DNA of 48,594 nt from Acidimicrobiales bacterium (GCA_035702845.1 DASSZK010000272.1:1-48594), one strand, 5' to 3'. Positions 19,049 to 32,527 are shown, counted from the stretch's first letter. Numbers and translations: made by a program. The notes: generated by a model not told the origin, from the sequence alone.

Positions 19049-20221
19049 GTGGGGGCCTACCTGGACCACGCGGCGACGACGCCGCTCGGGGCAGCGGCTC
19101 GTGAAGCAATAACGCCGTGGCTAGGGGAGCTGTTCGGCAACCCCTCCGGTAGCCACCCTGTCGCCGCCCGCGCCCGATCTGCGCTAGACGATGTGCGCGA
19201 CGTGTTGGCGCAGGCCCTCGGGACGGTCGCGGGTGACCTCGTGTTCACTTCGGGGGGCACGGAGGCGGCGAACCTCGCCGTCCTCGGAAGGTTGAGCCAC
19301 ACCCCCGGGGCGGTGGTCGTCAGCGCGGTCGAGCACCACGCCGTGTTGGAGGCCGCTCACGTGGCGCAGCGCTTACACGGTGCCGACGTGCGCGTCGTAG
19401 GCGTGAACGCCCAGGGCCAGGTGGACCTGGACCAGTTGGGCGCAGCGTTGGACCGCTCGGTCAGCCTCGTGTCCGTCCAGCTGGTCAACAACGAGGTGGG
19501 GACGGTGCAACCTTTGGACCGCGTCGCTCGTCTCGTGCGAAGGCGGGCGCCGCAGGCTGTCCTGCACACTGATGCCGTCCAGGCTGTGCCATGGTTCGAC
19601 ATCGCTGCGATGGCTGAGGGTGCAGACATGATCAGCATCAGTGCCCACAAGTTCGGCGGTCCCCAGGGCGTCGGTGCACTGGCCTTTCGCCGGCCCGTTG
19701 CGCTTGGGGCCACGCTCGTGGGAGGCCCGCAGGAAAGGGGCCGGCGCGCCGGTACCCAGAACGTCGCCGGGGCGCTGGGCATGGCCGCCGCAATGGAGGC
19801 AACCGCTGCCGAGCGCTCCAGAGAAGCTGCGCGCGTGCGTGAGCTGCGCGATGGGCTGGTCTCGGAGATCTTGGGGCGCTTGCGAGGCGTCAGAGAGACG
19901 GCCGCCGGTGCCGAGCGAGCACCGGGGCACTGCCATCTTCTGGTCGACGGGGTCGAGAGCGAAGCCCTGCTGGTACTCCTCGGCGGCATGGGGGTTTCGG
20001 CGTCGGCCGGCTCCGCCTGTGCCAGCGGTGCCATGGAGCCCAGCCATGTACTGACTGCTATGGGTTATAGCGAGACAGAGGCGCTCGGTGCGCTGCGCCT
20101 GACGCTCGGGCACACCACGACAGCCGAGGAGGTCGAGTACGCGGCCGGGGCGGTGGTGCGCGCTGTAGAGCAGCTCCGCCGCGGCGCCCGCATGCCTGTA
20201 GCGGCTGCTCCGGGCCCGTGA
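19049..20221 (+). CDS. cysteine desulfurase (NifS/IscS class V aminotransferase)
   Basis: The GTG start is 1 nt after the upstream stop. Motifs seen: YLDHAATTPL, PLP-lysine context ISISAHKFGGPQGVGAL, and catalytic loop SAGSACASG. It is directly upstream of mnmA. Confidence 0.88.
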   Translation: MGAYLDHAATTPLGAAAREAITPWLGELFGNPSGSHPVAARARSALDDVRDVLAQALGTVAGDLVFTSGGTEAANLAVLGRLSHTPGAVVVSAVEHHAVLEAAHVAQRLHGADVRVVGVNAQGQVDLDQLGAALDRSVSLVSVQLVNNEVGTVQPLDRVARLVRRRAPQAVLHTDAVQAVPWFDIAAMAEGADMISISAHKFGGPQGVGALAFRRPVALGATLVGGPQERGRRAGTQNVAGALGMAAAMEATAAERSREAARVRELRDGLVSEILGRLRGVRETAAGAERAPGHCHLLVDGVESEALLVLLGGMGVSASAGSACASGAMEPSHVLTAMGYSETEALGALRLTLGHTTTAEEVEYAAGAVVRAVEQLRRGARMPVAAAPGP

Positions 20222-20321
20222 CAGCGTGTGGGGACAAAACCTCCGTGGACCGGCCCCGTTGGGCGGGCGCCGGCAGCACCCGCCTCGTTGGGCAAGCCCG
20301 GGACGTGACAGGATCTAGGCA

Positions 20322-21380
20322 ATGAAGCGCGTGCTGGTCGCCATGTCGGGTGGGGTGGACTCCTCGGTGGCGGCCGCGCTCGCGCTGGCGCAGGGTTACG
20401 AGGTCGTCGGTGCGACCATGAAACTCTGGGGCGGCCCATCCGATTCTGGTTGTTGCTCCGTGGCGGACGTGGAGGACGCCAGGCGGGTGTGCCAGCAGCT
20501 CGGCGTCGCGCACCACGTGTTCAATTTCACCGCCGAGTTCGAGCGCGAGGTCGTCGCCAGGTACGTGAGCGCCCACGAGCAGGCTGCAACCCCCAACCCG
20601 TGTATTTCCTGCAACGCGCACCTGAAATTTGACCGGTTTTTCGAGCGCGCCCGCCAGCTCGGCTTTGACATGATCGCAACCGGTCATCATGCCCGTGTCA
20701 CTTGCACAGACGGGGTTTTCCGTTTACGCCGTGGCCATGACCCTGCCAAGGACCAGTCTTATGTCCTGTACATGCTCGGCCAGCAACAGCTTTCTTCGCT
20801 GGAGTTACCGGTCGGGGAGATGACCAAGGCGCAGGTGCGCGCTGTTGCGGCTGATCTTCGTCTTCGCACCGCAGCCAAAGCCGACAGCCAGGACGTCTGT
20901 TTCATCTCGCGCCAGGGTGGCCGCCAGGCTTTCTTGGGCGAGCGCATACCCGTGCGACCGGGGCGCCTGGTCGGTAAGGACGGCTCCGACTTTGGGGAAG
21001 TTCCCGAGCTCGAACTGCTCACAGTGGGCCAGCGCCGAGGCTTGGGCACGGCAGTGACCGGCCCGGAGCGCCGTTATGTGGTGGGGGTCGACTTGGCCAC
21101 CCGGACGGCAACTCTCGGGTCACTGGAGGACTTGTTGGTAGCTGAGATCCCGGTGGCTGACGTCTCGTGGTCCGCCGCCCCTGTGCCGGCCGGTACCGCC
21201 GTCATGGTGCAGGCCAGCGCGCACGGCCGGCCGTTAGCTGCCCGCTGGCAGCCCTCCAGGCCACATGCCGGTCGCGTCGTACTTGAAGAGCGCGCCCGGC
21301 GCATTGCGCCCGGCCAAGCCGTCGTGCTTTACGAAGGCGACATCGTCTTGGGCGGCGGGACGGTACCGCTGCCTGCTTGA
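20322..21380 (+). CDS. mnmA: tRNA 2-thiouridine(34) synthase
   Basis: Motifs seen: PP-loop VLVAMSGGVDSSVAA, NPCISCN, KDQSYVLY. Confidence 0.92.
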   Translation: MKRVLVAMSGGVDSSVAAALALAQGYEVVGATMKLWGGPSDSGCCSVADVEDARRVCQQLGVAHHVFNFTAEFEREVVARYVSAHEQAATPNPCISCNAHLKFDRFFERARQLGFDMIATGHHARVTCTDGVFRLRRGHDPAKDQSYVLYMLGQQQLSSLELPVGEMTKAQVRAVAADLRLRTAAKADSQDVCFISRQGGRQAFLGERIPVRPGRLVGKDGSDFGEVPELELLTVGQRRGLGTAVTGPERRYVVGVDLATRTATLGSLEDLLVAEIPVADVSWSAAPVPAGTAVMVQASAHGRPLAARWQPSRPHAGRVVLEERARRIAPGQAVVLYEGDIVLGGGTVPLPA

Positions 21381-21471
21381 GGGCTCAGCAGGCAGTGCAA
21401 AGGCGGGTACTTGGAGCCTTCCGTTGCCCCACTCCCGAGCTACTGCGTCAGTAACGCTGGGTACCCTCTAA

Positions 21472-23496
<2,025 letters not shown>

Positions 23497-23536
23497 TTGT
23501 CTTGCAGGCACGGGGGCTTTGTTGCACCCTGGACCG

Positions 23537-24121
23537 ATGGCACTCGAAGGTAACGATTTGCCGTCGGCGGGGTCGCGGCCCGAATTGGTCCTCCGGCCGT
23601 TCAACATCGACGACGAGACGGAAGCGACGGCTGCTCATGAGGAACTGCTCGGCGACAATTTTTTCTTCCTGCTCCACCGTGGGGACGACGACTGGTCCTC
23701 GTACCTCGGCCGGTTGGAGAAGCTGCGCCAAGGCGAGGACGTACCCGAGGGGCTCGTGCCGGGCACCTTCTTGGCGGCCGAGGCCGAGGGCCACCTCGTG
23801 GGGCGGGTATCGGTCCGGCACCATCTCAACCCTTGGCTGGCCCGCTGGGGTGGTCACATCGGCTACGGCGTGCGGCCGGCTTTTCGCCGGCGCGGTTACG
23901 CCACGGAGATGCTGCGCCAGGCTTTGACCGTGGCAGCGGGGCTCGGGCTAGAGCGTGCCTTGATCATCTGTGACATTGACAACGTCGCGTCTGCGACGGT
24001 GATCGAGCGCTGCGGTGGAGTGCTGGAGCGCATCGAGCACGCAGAGGGCACCGATAAGGACAAGCGCAGCGAGGGCGCCGAAAAAGACAAACGCTGCTAC
24101 TGGGTAGACCTGCCCAGCTGA
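23537..24121 (+). CDS. GNAT-family N-acetyltransferase
   Basis: I trimmed the ORF to ATG 23537 because the upstream part overlaps ligA. The acetyl-CoA binding block is VRPAFRRRGYATEMLRQAL followed by ALIICDIDNVASATVIERCGG. Confidence 0.7.
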   Translation: MALEGNDLPSAGSRPELVLRPFNIDDETEATAAHEELLGDNFFFLLHRGDDDWSSYLGRLEKLRQGEDVPEGLVPGTFLAAEAEGHLVGRVSVRHHLNPWLARWGGHIGYGVRPAFRRRGYATEMLRQALTVAAGLGLERALIICDIDNVASATVIERCGGVLERIEHAEGTDKDKRSEGAEKDKRCYWVDLPS

Positions 24122-24172
24122 GCTACGCCTAGGGTCCACCTATCCCGGCCCCGACCTGGTTAACCTCGTAAA

Positions 24173-26287
24173 GTGCCGGTGTCGCGTAGTTCTGAGCTCG
24201 TAGGGAAGGTGGTGGGCGGTCGCTACCGCCTGCTGCGCCCTGTGGGCAGCGGGGCATCAGCAAATGTCTACGTCGCCGAAGATGTCCGCCTCAAGCGGCG
24301 CGTCGCCTTGAAGGTGCTCCACCCGGGCCTCGCCGACGACAGGTCTTTCCTACGGCGCTTCGAGATGGAAGCGCAGGTCGTTGCCGCCATGCGCCATCCC
24401 GGGATCGTGCGGGTCTACGACTGGGGCGAGGGTGACGGCGACGCCTACCTGGCCATGGAGCTTCTCGACGGCGGGAGCCTGCGTGCTCTTTTGGACACCG
24501 GTTACCACCTGAGCGTCTCGCAGGCGGCGGCGCTGGGGACCGACGTGGCGTCCGCCCTGGCCCACGCCCACGCCCGCGGTTTGGTGCACCGCGACATCAA
24601 GCCTGCGAACCTGCTTTTCGACGAGGACGGCCACGCCAGCGTCGCCGACTTCGGCATCGCTCGGGCGCTGGCTGAGGCCAGCTGGACCGAGCCGATGGGA
24701 GCCCTTGTGGGCACGGCCCGCTACGCCGCCCCCGAGCAACTCGAAGGCGTCGCCCTGGACGGCAAGGCAGACGTTTACGCGCTGTGCCTGGTCCTCGTTG
24801 AAGCCGTCACCGGTTCGGTGCCATTTGCCGCCGACACGACGCTCGGCGCTTTGCTCGCCCGGTCCAGCAAGCCGGTCCCGGTCCCCGACCAGCTGGGAGC
24901 GCTGGCCCCGGTCCTGCGGGCAGTCGGTGTGCCCGAGCCTGGGCGTCGCCCCAGCGCCGAGCAACTGGCCGAGCGTCTGGCTGTTGCCGCCCGGAGCCTG
25001 CGTGCTCCCGCTCGCCTGCCCGTGGCCGGGCTCGGGGGCGGTGCCGAGGTCTACTCGAGCGATCGCACCGAGATCCCCGGAGTGCCCAAAGCGAACGGCT
25101 CGGGGCTCAGTGTCCTGGCTGGCGACATCGAGGTTGTGACCGGGGAGCGGGAGCCGGCTGGGGGCACTGGGACGGCTGGGGGCACGGTGAACGGCGCCCA
25201 AGACGCCGACCTCACCGCGCCCGCAGTCCCCCCTGCTTTTATTGCTCCCCCTGGAGGGAAAACGGTAGACGCTGCGGCGCAGAAGTTGGAGCATCCCGAA
25301 AGCGTGGCGCCATCGCCACAGGCTGTGCTGGGCGTACTGGCTGAGGCCCCAGGGGTTGCAGGCGCTCCCACGCCAGCCCATAAAAGGCGGGGCCGCCGCA
25401 AGCGGGGGAGGAAGCTGGCAGTCGCGCTCGTTGTGCTGCTACTGCTCGGGGGGGCTGGTGCCGGTGCCGTCGTGTACTTGACCCAACCGCCGCCGACTTA
25501 TCCCGTACCCGCTGTTGCCGGCATGACGGTGCCCAGCGCTTCGCACCTCGTTGCCGGGCGGCATCTCCACCTGGTCGTCGCCTCGTACCGCTGGGACGCC
25601 AGTGTTCCTGCCGGGCGCATCGTGGTCGAGTACCCGCTACCGGGTGTGCGCTTGCGGGCCAAAAAGACCGTCTCTGTGACGGTCTCCAAAGGTCCCGAGC
25701 CTGTGGCCGTTCCATCGCTGGCGGGACGCGACCTGCCAGGAGCGCGCTCGGCGCTGACGGCGCTCGGGCTTGCGCTTGGTCACATCGGCAGACAGTCGAG
25801 CATGTCGGTGCCTGCAGGCGAAATTATTTCCTGGGCGCCCAAGGGCGTGAGCCTGTTACCGGGCAAGGCGGTCAACGTCGTGGTGTCGACCGGCAAGCCC
25901 ATGGTCCAAGTGCCCGGTTCTGCTCCTGGCGAGCCCTACAGCGAGTTGGCCGGCCAGCTTGCCGAGCTCCGGCTGGGATCGGCCGAGACCCGGGTTTACA
26001 GCAACTCCGTACTTGCCGGCAACGTGATCTCAGTCTCGCCTGCCCCGGGCACGACGCATGTCGTGGGCACGGTCGTCACTGCCACGGTCTCGCAGGGCCC
26101 GCACCTGGTGACAATCCCATCGAGCATTATTGGGCTGGCTCCGACGCAGGCCGCCGGTGTGCTCTACCACCTCGGGTTATACGTCTCGGCCACCCAGGGA
26201 AGCCCGCTGTCAGCGGTGACAGGTTCGGTGCCCGCCGTAGGCCAGAGGGTCCTTTATGGCAAGTCGATAATCCTGCTTACTGGCTAA
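24173..26287 (+). CDS. Ser/Thr protein kinase with a transmembrane helix and four extracellular PASTA domains (PknB-like)
   Basis: GTG start. Kinase motifs are GSGASANVY, VALKVL, HRDIKPANLLF, DFGIARA and RYAAPEQ. The TM segment is LAVALVVLLLLGGAGAGAVVYL. It is followed by four units of about 65 aa ending in ...VSKGP, ...VSTGKP, ...VSQGP. Confidence 0.88.
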   Translation: MPVSRSSELVGKVVGGRYRLLRPVGSGASANVYVAEDVRLKRRVALKVLHPGLADDRSFLRRFEMEAQVVAAMRHPGIVRVYDWGEGDGDAYLAMELLDGGSLRALLDTGYHLSVSQAAALGTDVASALAHAHARGLVHRDIKPANLLFDEDGHASVADFGIARALAEASWTEPMGALVGTARYAAPEQLEGVALDGKADVYALCLVLVEAVTGSVPFAADTTLGALLARSSKPVPVPDQLGALAPVLRAVGVPEPGRRPSAEQLAERLAVAARSLRAPARLPVAGLGGGAEVYSSDRTEIPGVPKANGSGLSVLAGDIEVVTGEREPAGGTGTAGGTVNGAQDADLTAPAVPPAFIAPPGGKTVDAAAQKLEHPESVAPSPQAVLGVLAEAPGVAGAPTPAHKRRGRRKRGRKLAVALVVLLLLGGAGAGAVVYLTQPPPTYPVPAVAGMTVPSASHLVAGRHLHLVVASYRWDASVPAGRIVVEYPLPGVRLRAKKTVSVTVSKGPEPVAVPSLAGRDLPGARSALTALGLALGHIGRQSSMSVPAGEIISWAPKGVSLLPGKAVNVVVSTGKPMVQVPGSAPGEPYSELAGQLAELRLGSAETRVYSNSVLAGNVISVSPAPGTTHVVGTVVTATVSQGPHLVTIPSSIIGLAPTQAAGVLYHLGLYVSATQGSPLSAVTGSVPAVGQRVLYGKSIILLTG

Positions 26288-26353
26288 CAGCAGTCGGCGG
26301 CTCAATATCTATCCGGGTTGTCACCATCTGTCCCGGTTGTCACCCGAGTGCTG

Positions 26354-26740
26354 TCATGACCCGGGGTGCCGTGCCCGGTCGAGCTGTCGTCGGTCTCTCT
26401 TGGTCGGCCGCCCCGCCCCTCGTTCGCGCTCGAAGTTGGCTACGCCCTCCTCTTTGGGCGGCGCCGGCGGCGTGTGGTCGATGTAGCAAGCGCTAGCGAG
26501 CGGCGCGCCTACCCGCTTTTCGATGATGCCGGCGACTTCGAGCACACGCGGGCCTCCTGGCGTCAGTGCCTCGACATGGTCTGCCGGTTTCACCGTGGTG
26601 GACGGCTTTGCACTCGTACCGTTGACTCGCACGTGCCCGGCCCGGCAGGCGTCTGTGGCCTCGGTGCGGGTCTTGAACATCCGGACCGCCCAGAGCCACT
26701 TGTCCACTCGGGCGCTGGGCGCTGCTTCAGTGGAGCTCAA
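26354..26740 (-). CDS. RNA-binding S4-domain protein (Hsp15-like)
   Basis: ARVDKWLWAVRMFKTRTEATDACRAGHVRVNG is a typical S4/Hsp15 N-terminus. The C-terminus is basic. Confidence 0.75.
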   Translation of the reverse strand: MSSTEAAPSARVDKWLWAVRMFKTRTEATDACRAGHVRVNGTSAKPSTTVKPADHVEALTPGGPRVLEVAGIIEKRVGAPLASACYIDHTPPAPPKEEGVANFERERGAGRPTKRDRRQLDRARHPGS

Positions 26741-26804
26741 GCCGGTCTCCCGTGGAGGCTGTGCCCCTGTAGGTCTGTGCCTGTGAACTTCTTGGCCCCT
26801 GTGG

Positions 26805-27338
26805 TCACTCCGTGATCTCTTGCAGCCGGGCGGCGGCTGTCAGGGCCTTATCCGTCTTTACGTCGAGCTGCGGCTGGTCCTCCGGTGCGGAATTGGCCTG
26901 CTGGAGGGCACCTCCGGTCGGGGCGCCGTAGCCCGGTCGCGACCCGAACGCGGCCGCCCCGCCTGCCGGCCATATCCCGCTGCGCGGGTCGAGAAGCTTT
27001 GTCATGTCGCCGTCCACCCGGATACGCCCGCCGAGAAAGGCTTGCATCACCGCCTGCACATCGCCTGCAATGAAAAGCGACCGGGCGGTCACATAGTCGA
27101 GAGACACGGTGACATCTGGCTTTTCCAGGTGGCCCATGTCGATGGCGATATGGCCCTCGGAGGTGTCGATGTGGGCCTTGAGCGGCTCTGGCGTGAAGGG
27201 CGCCTCGTTCACCACCAGGTTAAGGCGCACAGGCACGACGTTGCCGCCGGCGGGCAGAGCGCCCTCGGCTTGGACCTCTGCATAGATCCGGCGAGCCTGC
27301 GTCACCCACTCGTCGCTCAGGAAGGGGTACTTCGCCAT
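26805..27338 (-). CDS. SCP2 sterol-binding-domain protein
   Basis: I trimmed the 322-aa track ORF to ATG 27338 (MAKYPFLSDEWVTQARRIY...). It contains TARSLFIAGDVQAVMQAFLGGRIRVDGDMTKLL, a typical SCP2 C-terminal helix. The upstream part of the track ORF is antisense to gatC. Confidence 0.7.
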   Translation of the reverse strand: MAKYPFLSDEWVTQARRIYAEVQAEGALPAGGNVVPVRLNLVVNEAPFTPEPLKAHIDTSEGHIAIDMGHLEKPDVTVSLDYVTARSLFIAGDVQAVMQAFLGGRIRVDGDMTKLLDPRSGIWPAGGAAAFGSRPGYGAPTGGALQQANSAPEDQPQLDVKTDKALTAAARLQEITE

Positions 27339-27449
27339 GTCCAAACGGTACAGGGTGAGCGAACCTCCCCTGGGCAGGGCCGAGGGGAGGCCCCCGGTCG
27401 CCGCACTCAGTCGCTGCAGCGCCGGCACGGGGATCGTTACGATGACCGG

Positions 27450-27752
27450 GTGGCCCAGCCCATCTCCGAAGAACAAGTCGCCCACGTGGCCCGGCTCGCA
27501 CGCCTGAGCCTGACCGACGACGAACTGCACCAGTACACCTCGCAACTGGCAGGGGTCCTGGAGCATGCCGCCGACATCGAGGCGCTCGACATCGAGGGCG
27601 TGCCCCCGACGGCGCACCCTTTCCCGCTGGTCAATGTGCTGCGCGACGACGTGGTCGCGGCCAGCTTGGACCGCGCCGAGGTACTGGGCCAGGCGCCTGA
27701 CGTGGACCAGGACCGTTTCCGCATCCCCCGGATCCTGGGGGAGGCACCGTGA
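27450..27752 (+). CDS. gatC: Asp/Glu-tRNA amidotransferase subunit C
   Basis: In-frame GTG at 27450: [40 protein letters not shown]...RDD. There is a GTGA overlap with gatA. The remainder of the 310-aa track ORF is non-coding run-on. Confidence 0.85.
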   Translation: MAQPISEEQVAHVARLARLSLTDDELHQYTSQLAGVLEHAADIEALDIEGVPPTAHPFPLVNVLRDDVVAASLDRAEVLGQAPDVDQDRFRIPRILGEAP

Positions 27753-29215
27753 GCGCCGAAGCCAGGACCACACCGGCTACCGCCCTGGCCGCGGACGTGC
27801 GCGCCGGGCGGCGCTCGGCTGTGGAGGTGCTCGAAGAGCACCTTGCCCGCATCGCCACCACTGAGGGCGATGTCCATGCCTTCAACCTCGTCACTGAAGC
27901 CCATGCCCGGGCTCAGGCGGCGGCCGTCGACGGCGCGGTCAGCGAAGGGCGCGACCCGGGCCCTCTCGCCGGCGTCCCGGTGGCGCTGAAGGACCTGATC
28001 TGCACCAGGGGCGTGCCGACGACGTGCTCGTCGCGGATCCTCGAGGGCTGGACGCCTCCCTACGACGCCACGGTCGTCACCCGCCTTGCCGCTGCGGGGG
28101 CCGTGTTCGTCGGCAAGACCAACATGGACGAGTTCGCCATGGGCTCGTCGACCGAGCACTCTGCCTTCGGCCCTACCCGCAACCCGCACGACCTGTCGAG
28201 GGTGCCTGGTGGTTCTTCGGGGGGTAGCGCCGCTGCGGTAGCTGCGGGCTATGCGCCCGTCTCACTGGGTAGCGATACTGGGGGCTCGATACGCCAGCCC
28301 GCCGCGCTGTGCGGCGTCGTCGGTGCCAAGCCGACCTACGGGCTCGTTTCCCGTTACGGCCTGGTTGCTTTCGCCAGCTCCCTCGACCAGATAGGCCCGT
28401 TCACCACCACCGTGGCCGATGCCGCGCTGGTGCTCGACGTGATCGGCGGCCACGACCCCCGTGACTCGACAAGCCTGCCCGACACCGCTCGGGAGAAGGC
28501 GGCGAGCCGCCTCGGGCGCGGCGTCGAGGGCCTGAGGGTCGGCGTCATCTCCGAGCTCGCCGGTGCGCAGGGCATCGCCACCGACGTTGCCGCCCGGGTG
28601 CGACATGCTGCCGACGCCCTGGCCGGCGCTGGGGCCAAGGTCGAAGAGGTCAGCGTGACCTCGGTCGTGTACGGCCTGTCCGCCTACTACATGATCGCCC
28701 CGGCGGAGGCTTCCTCCAACCTTGCCCGTTACGACGGGGTGCGCTACGGCCTGCGGGTGCCGGGCGAGGACATCACCGACATGTACATCGCCACCCGCTC
28801 TGCCGGTTTTGGCCCCGAGGTAAAGAGGCGGATAATGCTCGGCACCTACGCCTTGTCGGCGGGCTACTACGACGCCTACTACGGCAAGGCGCAAAAGGTA
28901 CGCACGCTGATAATCCAAGATTTCGAAGAGGCTTACCGCTCATATGACGTGTTGTTGTCGCCCACTTCGCCCACGACGGCGTTCGAGCTCGGCGCCAAGA
29001 CCTCTGACCCGCTGACCATGTACTTGAACGACGTATGCACCATCCCGAGCAACCTGGCCGGCCACCCGGCGGTGAGTGTCCCCTTCGGAACCGGTGACGA
29101 CGGCTTGCCCGTCGGGGTACAGGTACTGGCGCCGGCCCTGGGGGAACCGGTGATGTTCCAGGTCGCAGAAGTGCTCGAAGCTGCAGTCGCCGGCGCGCCG
29201 GGGGGAGCGAAATGA
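27749..29215 (+). CDS. gatA: Asp/Glu-tRNA amidotransferase subunit A
   Basis: Amidase signature seen: [43 protein letters not shown]. Confidence 0.95.
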   Translation: MSAEARTTPATALAADVRAGRRSAVEVLEEHLARIATTEGDVHAFNLVTEAHARAQAAAVDGAVSEGRDPGPLAGVPVALKDLICTRGVPTTCSSRILEGWTPPYDATVVTRLAAAGAVFVGKTNMDEFAMGSSTEHSAFGPTRNPHDLSRVPGGSSGGSAAAVAAGYAPVSLGSDTGGSIRQPAALCGVVGAKPTYGLVSRYGLVAFASSLDQIGPFTTTVADAALVLDVIGGHDPRDSTSLPDTAREKAASRLGRGVEGLRVGVISELAGAQGIATDVAARVRHAADALAGAGAKVEEVSVTSVVYGLSAYYMIAPAEASSNLARYDGVRYGLRVPGEDITDMYIATRSAGFGPEVKRRIMLGTYALSAGYYDAYYGKAQKVRTLIIQDFEEAYRSYDVLLSPTSPTTAFELGAKTSDPLTMYLNDVCTIPSNLAGHPAVSVPFGTGDDGLPVGVQVLAPALGEPVMFQVAEVLEAAVAGAPGGAK

Positions 29216-30669
29216 GCCAGTCCACTTATGTCACGGGCGCTGACGGGGCCCTGTGGGAGATTGTTATCGGCCTCGAAGTGCACTGCGAGCTGAGGACCGA
29301 GACCAAGCTTTTTTGCGGGTGCCGCAACGCCTTTGGCGAGGAGCCCAACACCAACGTGTGCCCTGTCTGCCTGGGGCTACCGGGTTCCCTGCCGGTGCTC
29401 AACAGGCAAGCCGTGGAGTACGCCATCCGCATCGGCACCGCCTTGCACTGCCAGGTGCAGCGATCGATATTCCACCGCAAAAATTACTTCTACCCCGACA
29501 TGCCCAAGGATTTCCAGATCAGCCAGTACGACATCCCCCTCAACGCTGATGGCTGGCTGGAACTGCCGAGCGCCAAGCGGGTGGGCATAGTGCGGGCGCA
29601 CATGGAAGAGGACACGGGCAAAACCACCCATCTCGGTGGGGGCGGCCGCATCCACGGCGCTGCGCATTCCCTGGTGGATTACAACCGGGCCGGTGTCCCT
29701 CTCGTGGAGATCGTGTCGGCACCCGATCTGCGCGGCGCAGAAGAAGCCCGCGATTATGTCGATGAACTGCGGGCGATCCTTGTGGCGACGGGGGCCAGCG
29801 ACGGCAAGATGGAGGAGGGGTCGCTGCGCGTCGACTGCAACGTCTCTGTTCGCCGCCAAGGCGACACCGAGCTCGGGACGCGCTGCGAGATAAAGAACCT
29901 CAATTCTTTGCGCAGCCTCGGGCGGGCCATCGCCTACGAGTCGGCGCGCCAGGTGGAAGTCATCGAGGCCGGCGGCAAGGTGGCACAACAAACGCGGGGT
30001 TGGGACGAGGCGGACGGGCGTACCCACTCGATGCGTTCCAAGGAAGAGGCCTACGACTACCGCTACTTCCCAGAGCCCGATCTCGTCACCCTTGACCCCG
30101 GCGAGGAGTGGGTGCAAAATGTCCGCTCGTCGCTGGCGGTAATGCCGGCCGAGAGGCGCCGGCGCGTGGCAGAGGCCGCAGGTGCGCCGGTGTCGTCCGA
30201 GCCGGTGGCCACCGTGGTGCGCCTCGACCTCGACGGCCTGGTAGTGGCTGCCGTGGCCGCCCAGGTAGATGCGGCTTTGGCCCTGCGCCGCCTGGCCAAT
30301 GAGGTGGCGGGGCAGCTGGCCGAGACGGGCCCCACGGACATGGGCCCCGACGCCTTCGTGCGCCTGGTGAAGATGGAACAGGACGGCGAGCTCACCTCCG
30401 CCCAGGCTCGCACGGTGCTGAAGGTCCTGGTGTCAGAAGGCGGGGATCCCAAGGCCATCGCTTCAGGTCTTGGCTTCGAAGCCATGGCCGCCGGTGCGCT
30501 GTCGGGAGTGGTGGACGATGTCGTTGCCGCCAACCCGAAAGAATGGGAGCGCTATGCCGGCGGCGACGACAAGCTGACCGGGTTCTTCATCGGCAAGATC
30601 AAAGCCGCCACCGGTGGCAACGCGGATCTGCGAGCCGCAACCGAGCTGTTGCGCCAGCGACGGGGGTAA
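29212..30669 (+). CDS. gatB: Asp/Glu-tRNA amidotransferase subunit B
   Basis: There is an ATGA overlap with gatA. Motifs seen: [62 protein letters not shown]. Confidence 0.95.
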   Translation: MSQSTYVTGADGALWEIVIGLEVHCELRTETKLFCGCRNAFGEEPNTNVCPVCLGLPGSLPVLNRQAVEYAIRIGTALHCQVQRSIFHRKNYFYPDMPKDFQISQYDIPLNADGWLELPSAKRVGIVRAHMEEDTGKTTHLGGGGRIHGAAHSLVDYNRAGVPLVEIVSAPDLRGAEEARDYVDELRAILVATGASDGKMEEGSLRVDCNVSVRRQGDTELGTRCEIKNLNSLRSLGRAIAYESARQVEVIEAGGKVAQQTRGWDEADGRTHSMRSKEEAYDYRYFPEPDLVTLDPGEEWVQNVRSSLAVMPAERRRRVAEAAGAPVSSEPVATVVRLDLDGLVVAAVAAQVDAALALRRLANEVAGQLAETGPTDMGPDAFVRLVKMEQDGELTSAQARTVLKVLVSEGGDPKAIASGLGFEAMAAGALSGVVDDVVAANPKEWERYAGGDDKLTGFFIGKIKAATGGNADLRAATELLRQRRG

Positions 30670-30844
30670 TTGCCGGCGAGGCCGGGGCCCCCTGCCCAAA
30701 TGCAAGCGAAGGCCAAGTGCCGGCGAAGTTCGGTGCCCAAAAGATCCTGGGCCAGGTGCCCCTACATAATTGCCCCGGGCCCGTGCCGAGGCGCGCGCGT
30801 TATTGCAAGTAGGCGCCCCCGGCCGCGGCCTATAAGGTTGCTGC

Positions 30845-32527
30845 ATGCCGAGCGAGCTCAAGCCCCGTAGCCACGAAGTCACCGACGGCCCTGAAAGGGC
30901 CCCCGCCCGGGCCATGCTCCGCGCCATCGGTATGACCGACGCTGACTGGGGCAAGCCCCAGGTCGGCGTGGCCTCCTCGTGGAACGAAGTGACCCCGTGC
31001 AACATGCCCTTGGACCGCCTCGCCAAGCGCGCCAAGGTGGGCGTGCGCGATGCGGGCGGCTTCCCGGTGGAGTTCGTCACCATCGCCGTCTCTGACGGCA
31101 TCTCCATGGGCCACGAAGGCATGCGGGCGTCGCTGGTGAGCCGCGAGGTGATCGCGGACTCGGTGGAGACAATGATGCACGCGGAGCGCTTCGACGCCCT
31201 GGTCACCTTCGCCGGTTGCGACAAGTCCCTTCCTGGCATGCTCATGGGCGCGGCGCGCCTCAACTTGCCCGCGGTTTTCCTTTACGGAGGCAGCATTTTG
31301 CCCGGGCGGGGGCAAAAGGGGGAGGCCCTCGACATCGTCAGCGTCTTCGAGGCGGTCGGCGCCCACGCTGCCGGGACGCTGAGCGACGAGGAGCTGTCGA
31401 TGATCGAGCGTCGTGCCTGCCCGACAGAGGGCAGCTGCGCAGGTATGTTCACGGCCAACACCATGGCTTGCGCCGCCGAGGCCCTTGGCATGGCCCTGCC
31501 CGGTAGCTCCACTGCCCCCGCCGTGGACCGCAGGCGCGACGACTATGCGTACGAGTCGGGCCGAGCTGTCGTGAGACTGATCGAAGCCGGCATCCGCCCA
31601 CGCAACATAATGACCAAGGCCGCCTTCGAGAACGCAATCTCAGTTGTGATGGCCCTCGGAGGTTCCACCAATGCCGTCCTGCACCTGCTCGCCATCGCTC
31701 ACGAGGCGCAGGTGGACCTCACGCTCGAAGACTTCGACCGGATCGGCAAGCGGGTGCCCCACCTGGCCGACACCAAGCCCCACGGCCGGTTCCACATGGT
31801 CGATGTTGACCGGATCGGCGGCCTGCCGGTGGTCATGGCACAGCTTCTTGAAGCGGGCCTGCTCGATGGCGATTGCCTGACGGTCACGGGGCGCACGGTG
31901 GCCGAGAACCTCGACCAATTGCAGCCCCCGGCACCCGACGGCGAGGTCGTCCGGACCATGGACCGGCCCATCCACCAAGAGGGCGGCATAGCCATCCTGC
32001 GCGGGTCGTTGGCGCCCAAGGGGGCCGTGGTCAAGGTGGCGGGCATCGATTTCGACCGCTTCGAGGGCGTTGCCCGGGTCTTCGACGGGGAGCAGAAGGC
32101 GCTCGATGCCATCCTCACCGGCACCATCCAGCCTGGCAGTGTGGTCGTGATCCGTTACGAGGGCCCCAAGGGAGGGCCCGGTATGCGCGAGATGCTCGCG
32201 GTGACGGGCGCCATGAAGGGGGCGGGGCGCGGCGGTGATTGCGCTCTCATTACAGACGGCCGCTTCAGTGGTGGGACCCACGGTTTTTGTATCGGCCACG
32301 TCGCCCCCGAGGCCGTGGACGGGGGCCCGATCGCCTTTGTGGCCGACGGGGACCGCATAGTAATCGACGTGGCAAAGCGTTCGATCGATATGGATGTGGC
32401 GCAGGACGTCCTGGCGGCACGCAAGGCGGAGTGGAAGCTGCCCGAGCCCCGTTATACCCACGGCGTACTGGCCAAGTTTGCAAAGTTGGTGGCCGGCGCC
32501 GACAGGGGTGCCGTCACCGAGCCCTGA
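30845..32527 (+). CDS. ilvD: dihydroxy-acid dehydratase
   Basis: Motifs seen: [71 protein letters not shown]. Confidence 0.95.
   Translation: MPSELKPRSHEVTDGPERAPARAMLRAIGMTDADWGKPQVGVASSWNEVTPCNMPLDRLAKRAKVGVRDAGGFPVEFVTIAVSDGISMGHEGMRASLVSREVIADSVETMMHAERFDALVTFAGCDKSLPGMLMGAARLNLPAVFLYGGSILPGRGQKGEALDIVSVFEAVGAHAAGTLSDEELSMIERRACPTEGSCAGMFTANTMACAAEALGMALPGSSTAPAVDRRRDDYAYESGRAVVRLIEAGIRPRNIMTKAAFENAISVVMALGGSTNAVLHLLAIAHEAQVDLTLEDFDRIGKRVPHLADTKPHGRFHMVDVDRIGGLPVVMAQLLEAGLLDGDCLTVTGRTVAENLDQLQPPAPDGEVVRTMDRPIHQEGGIAILRGSLAPKGAVVKVAGIDFDRFEGVARVFDGEQKALDAILTGTIQPGSVVVIRYEGPKGGPGMREMLAVTGAMKGAGRGGDCALITDGRFSGGTHGFCIGHVAPEAVDGGPIAFVADGDRIVIDVAKRSIDMDVAQDVLAARKAEWKLPEPRYTHGVLAKFAKLVAGADRGAVTEP

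Noticed and set aside
26313-26344. Near-repeat ccgggttgtcacc / cccggttgtcacc between the kinase and the S4 gene
   Set aside because: It is imperfect and short, has only two copies, and lies in a convergent 3' region. It forms no hairpin and no further pattern, so it is likely chance.
26820-27449. First 210 codons of the 310-aa + strand ORF ending at the gatC stop
   Set aside because: Only the last 100 codons match GatC. The upstream part is antisense to the SCP2 gene and has noise-like composition.
30670-30844. Possible leader peptide or attenuator upstream of ilvD
   Set aside because: The only short ORF there is not enriched in branched-chain codons. No hairpin plus T-run is visible.
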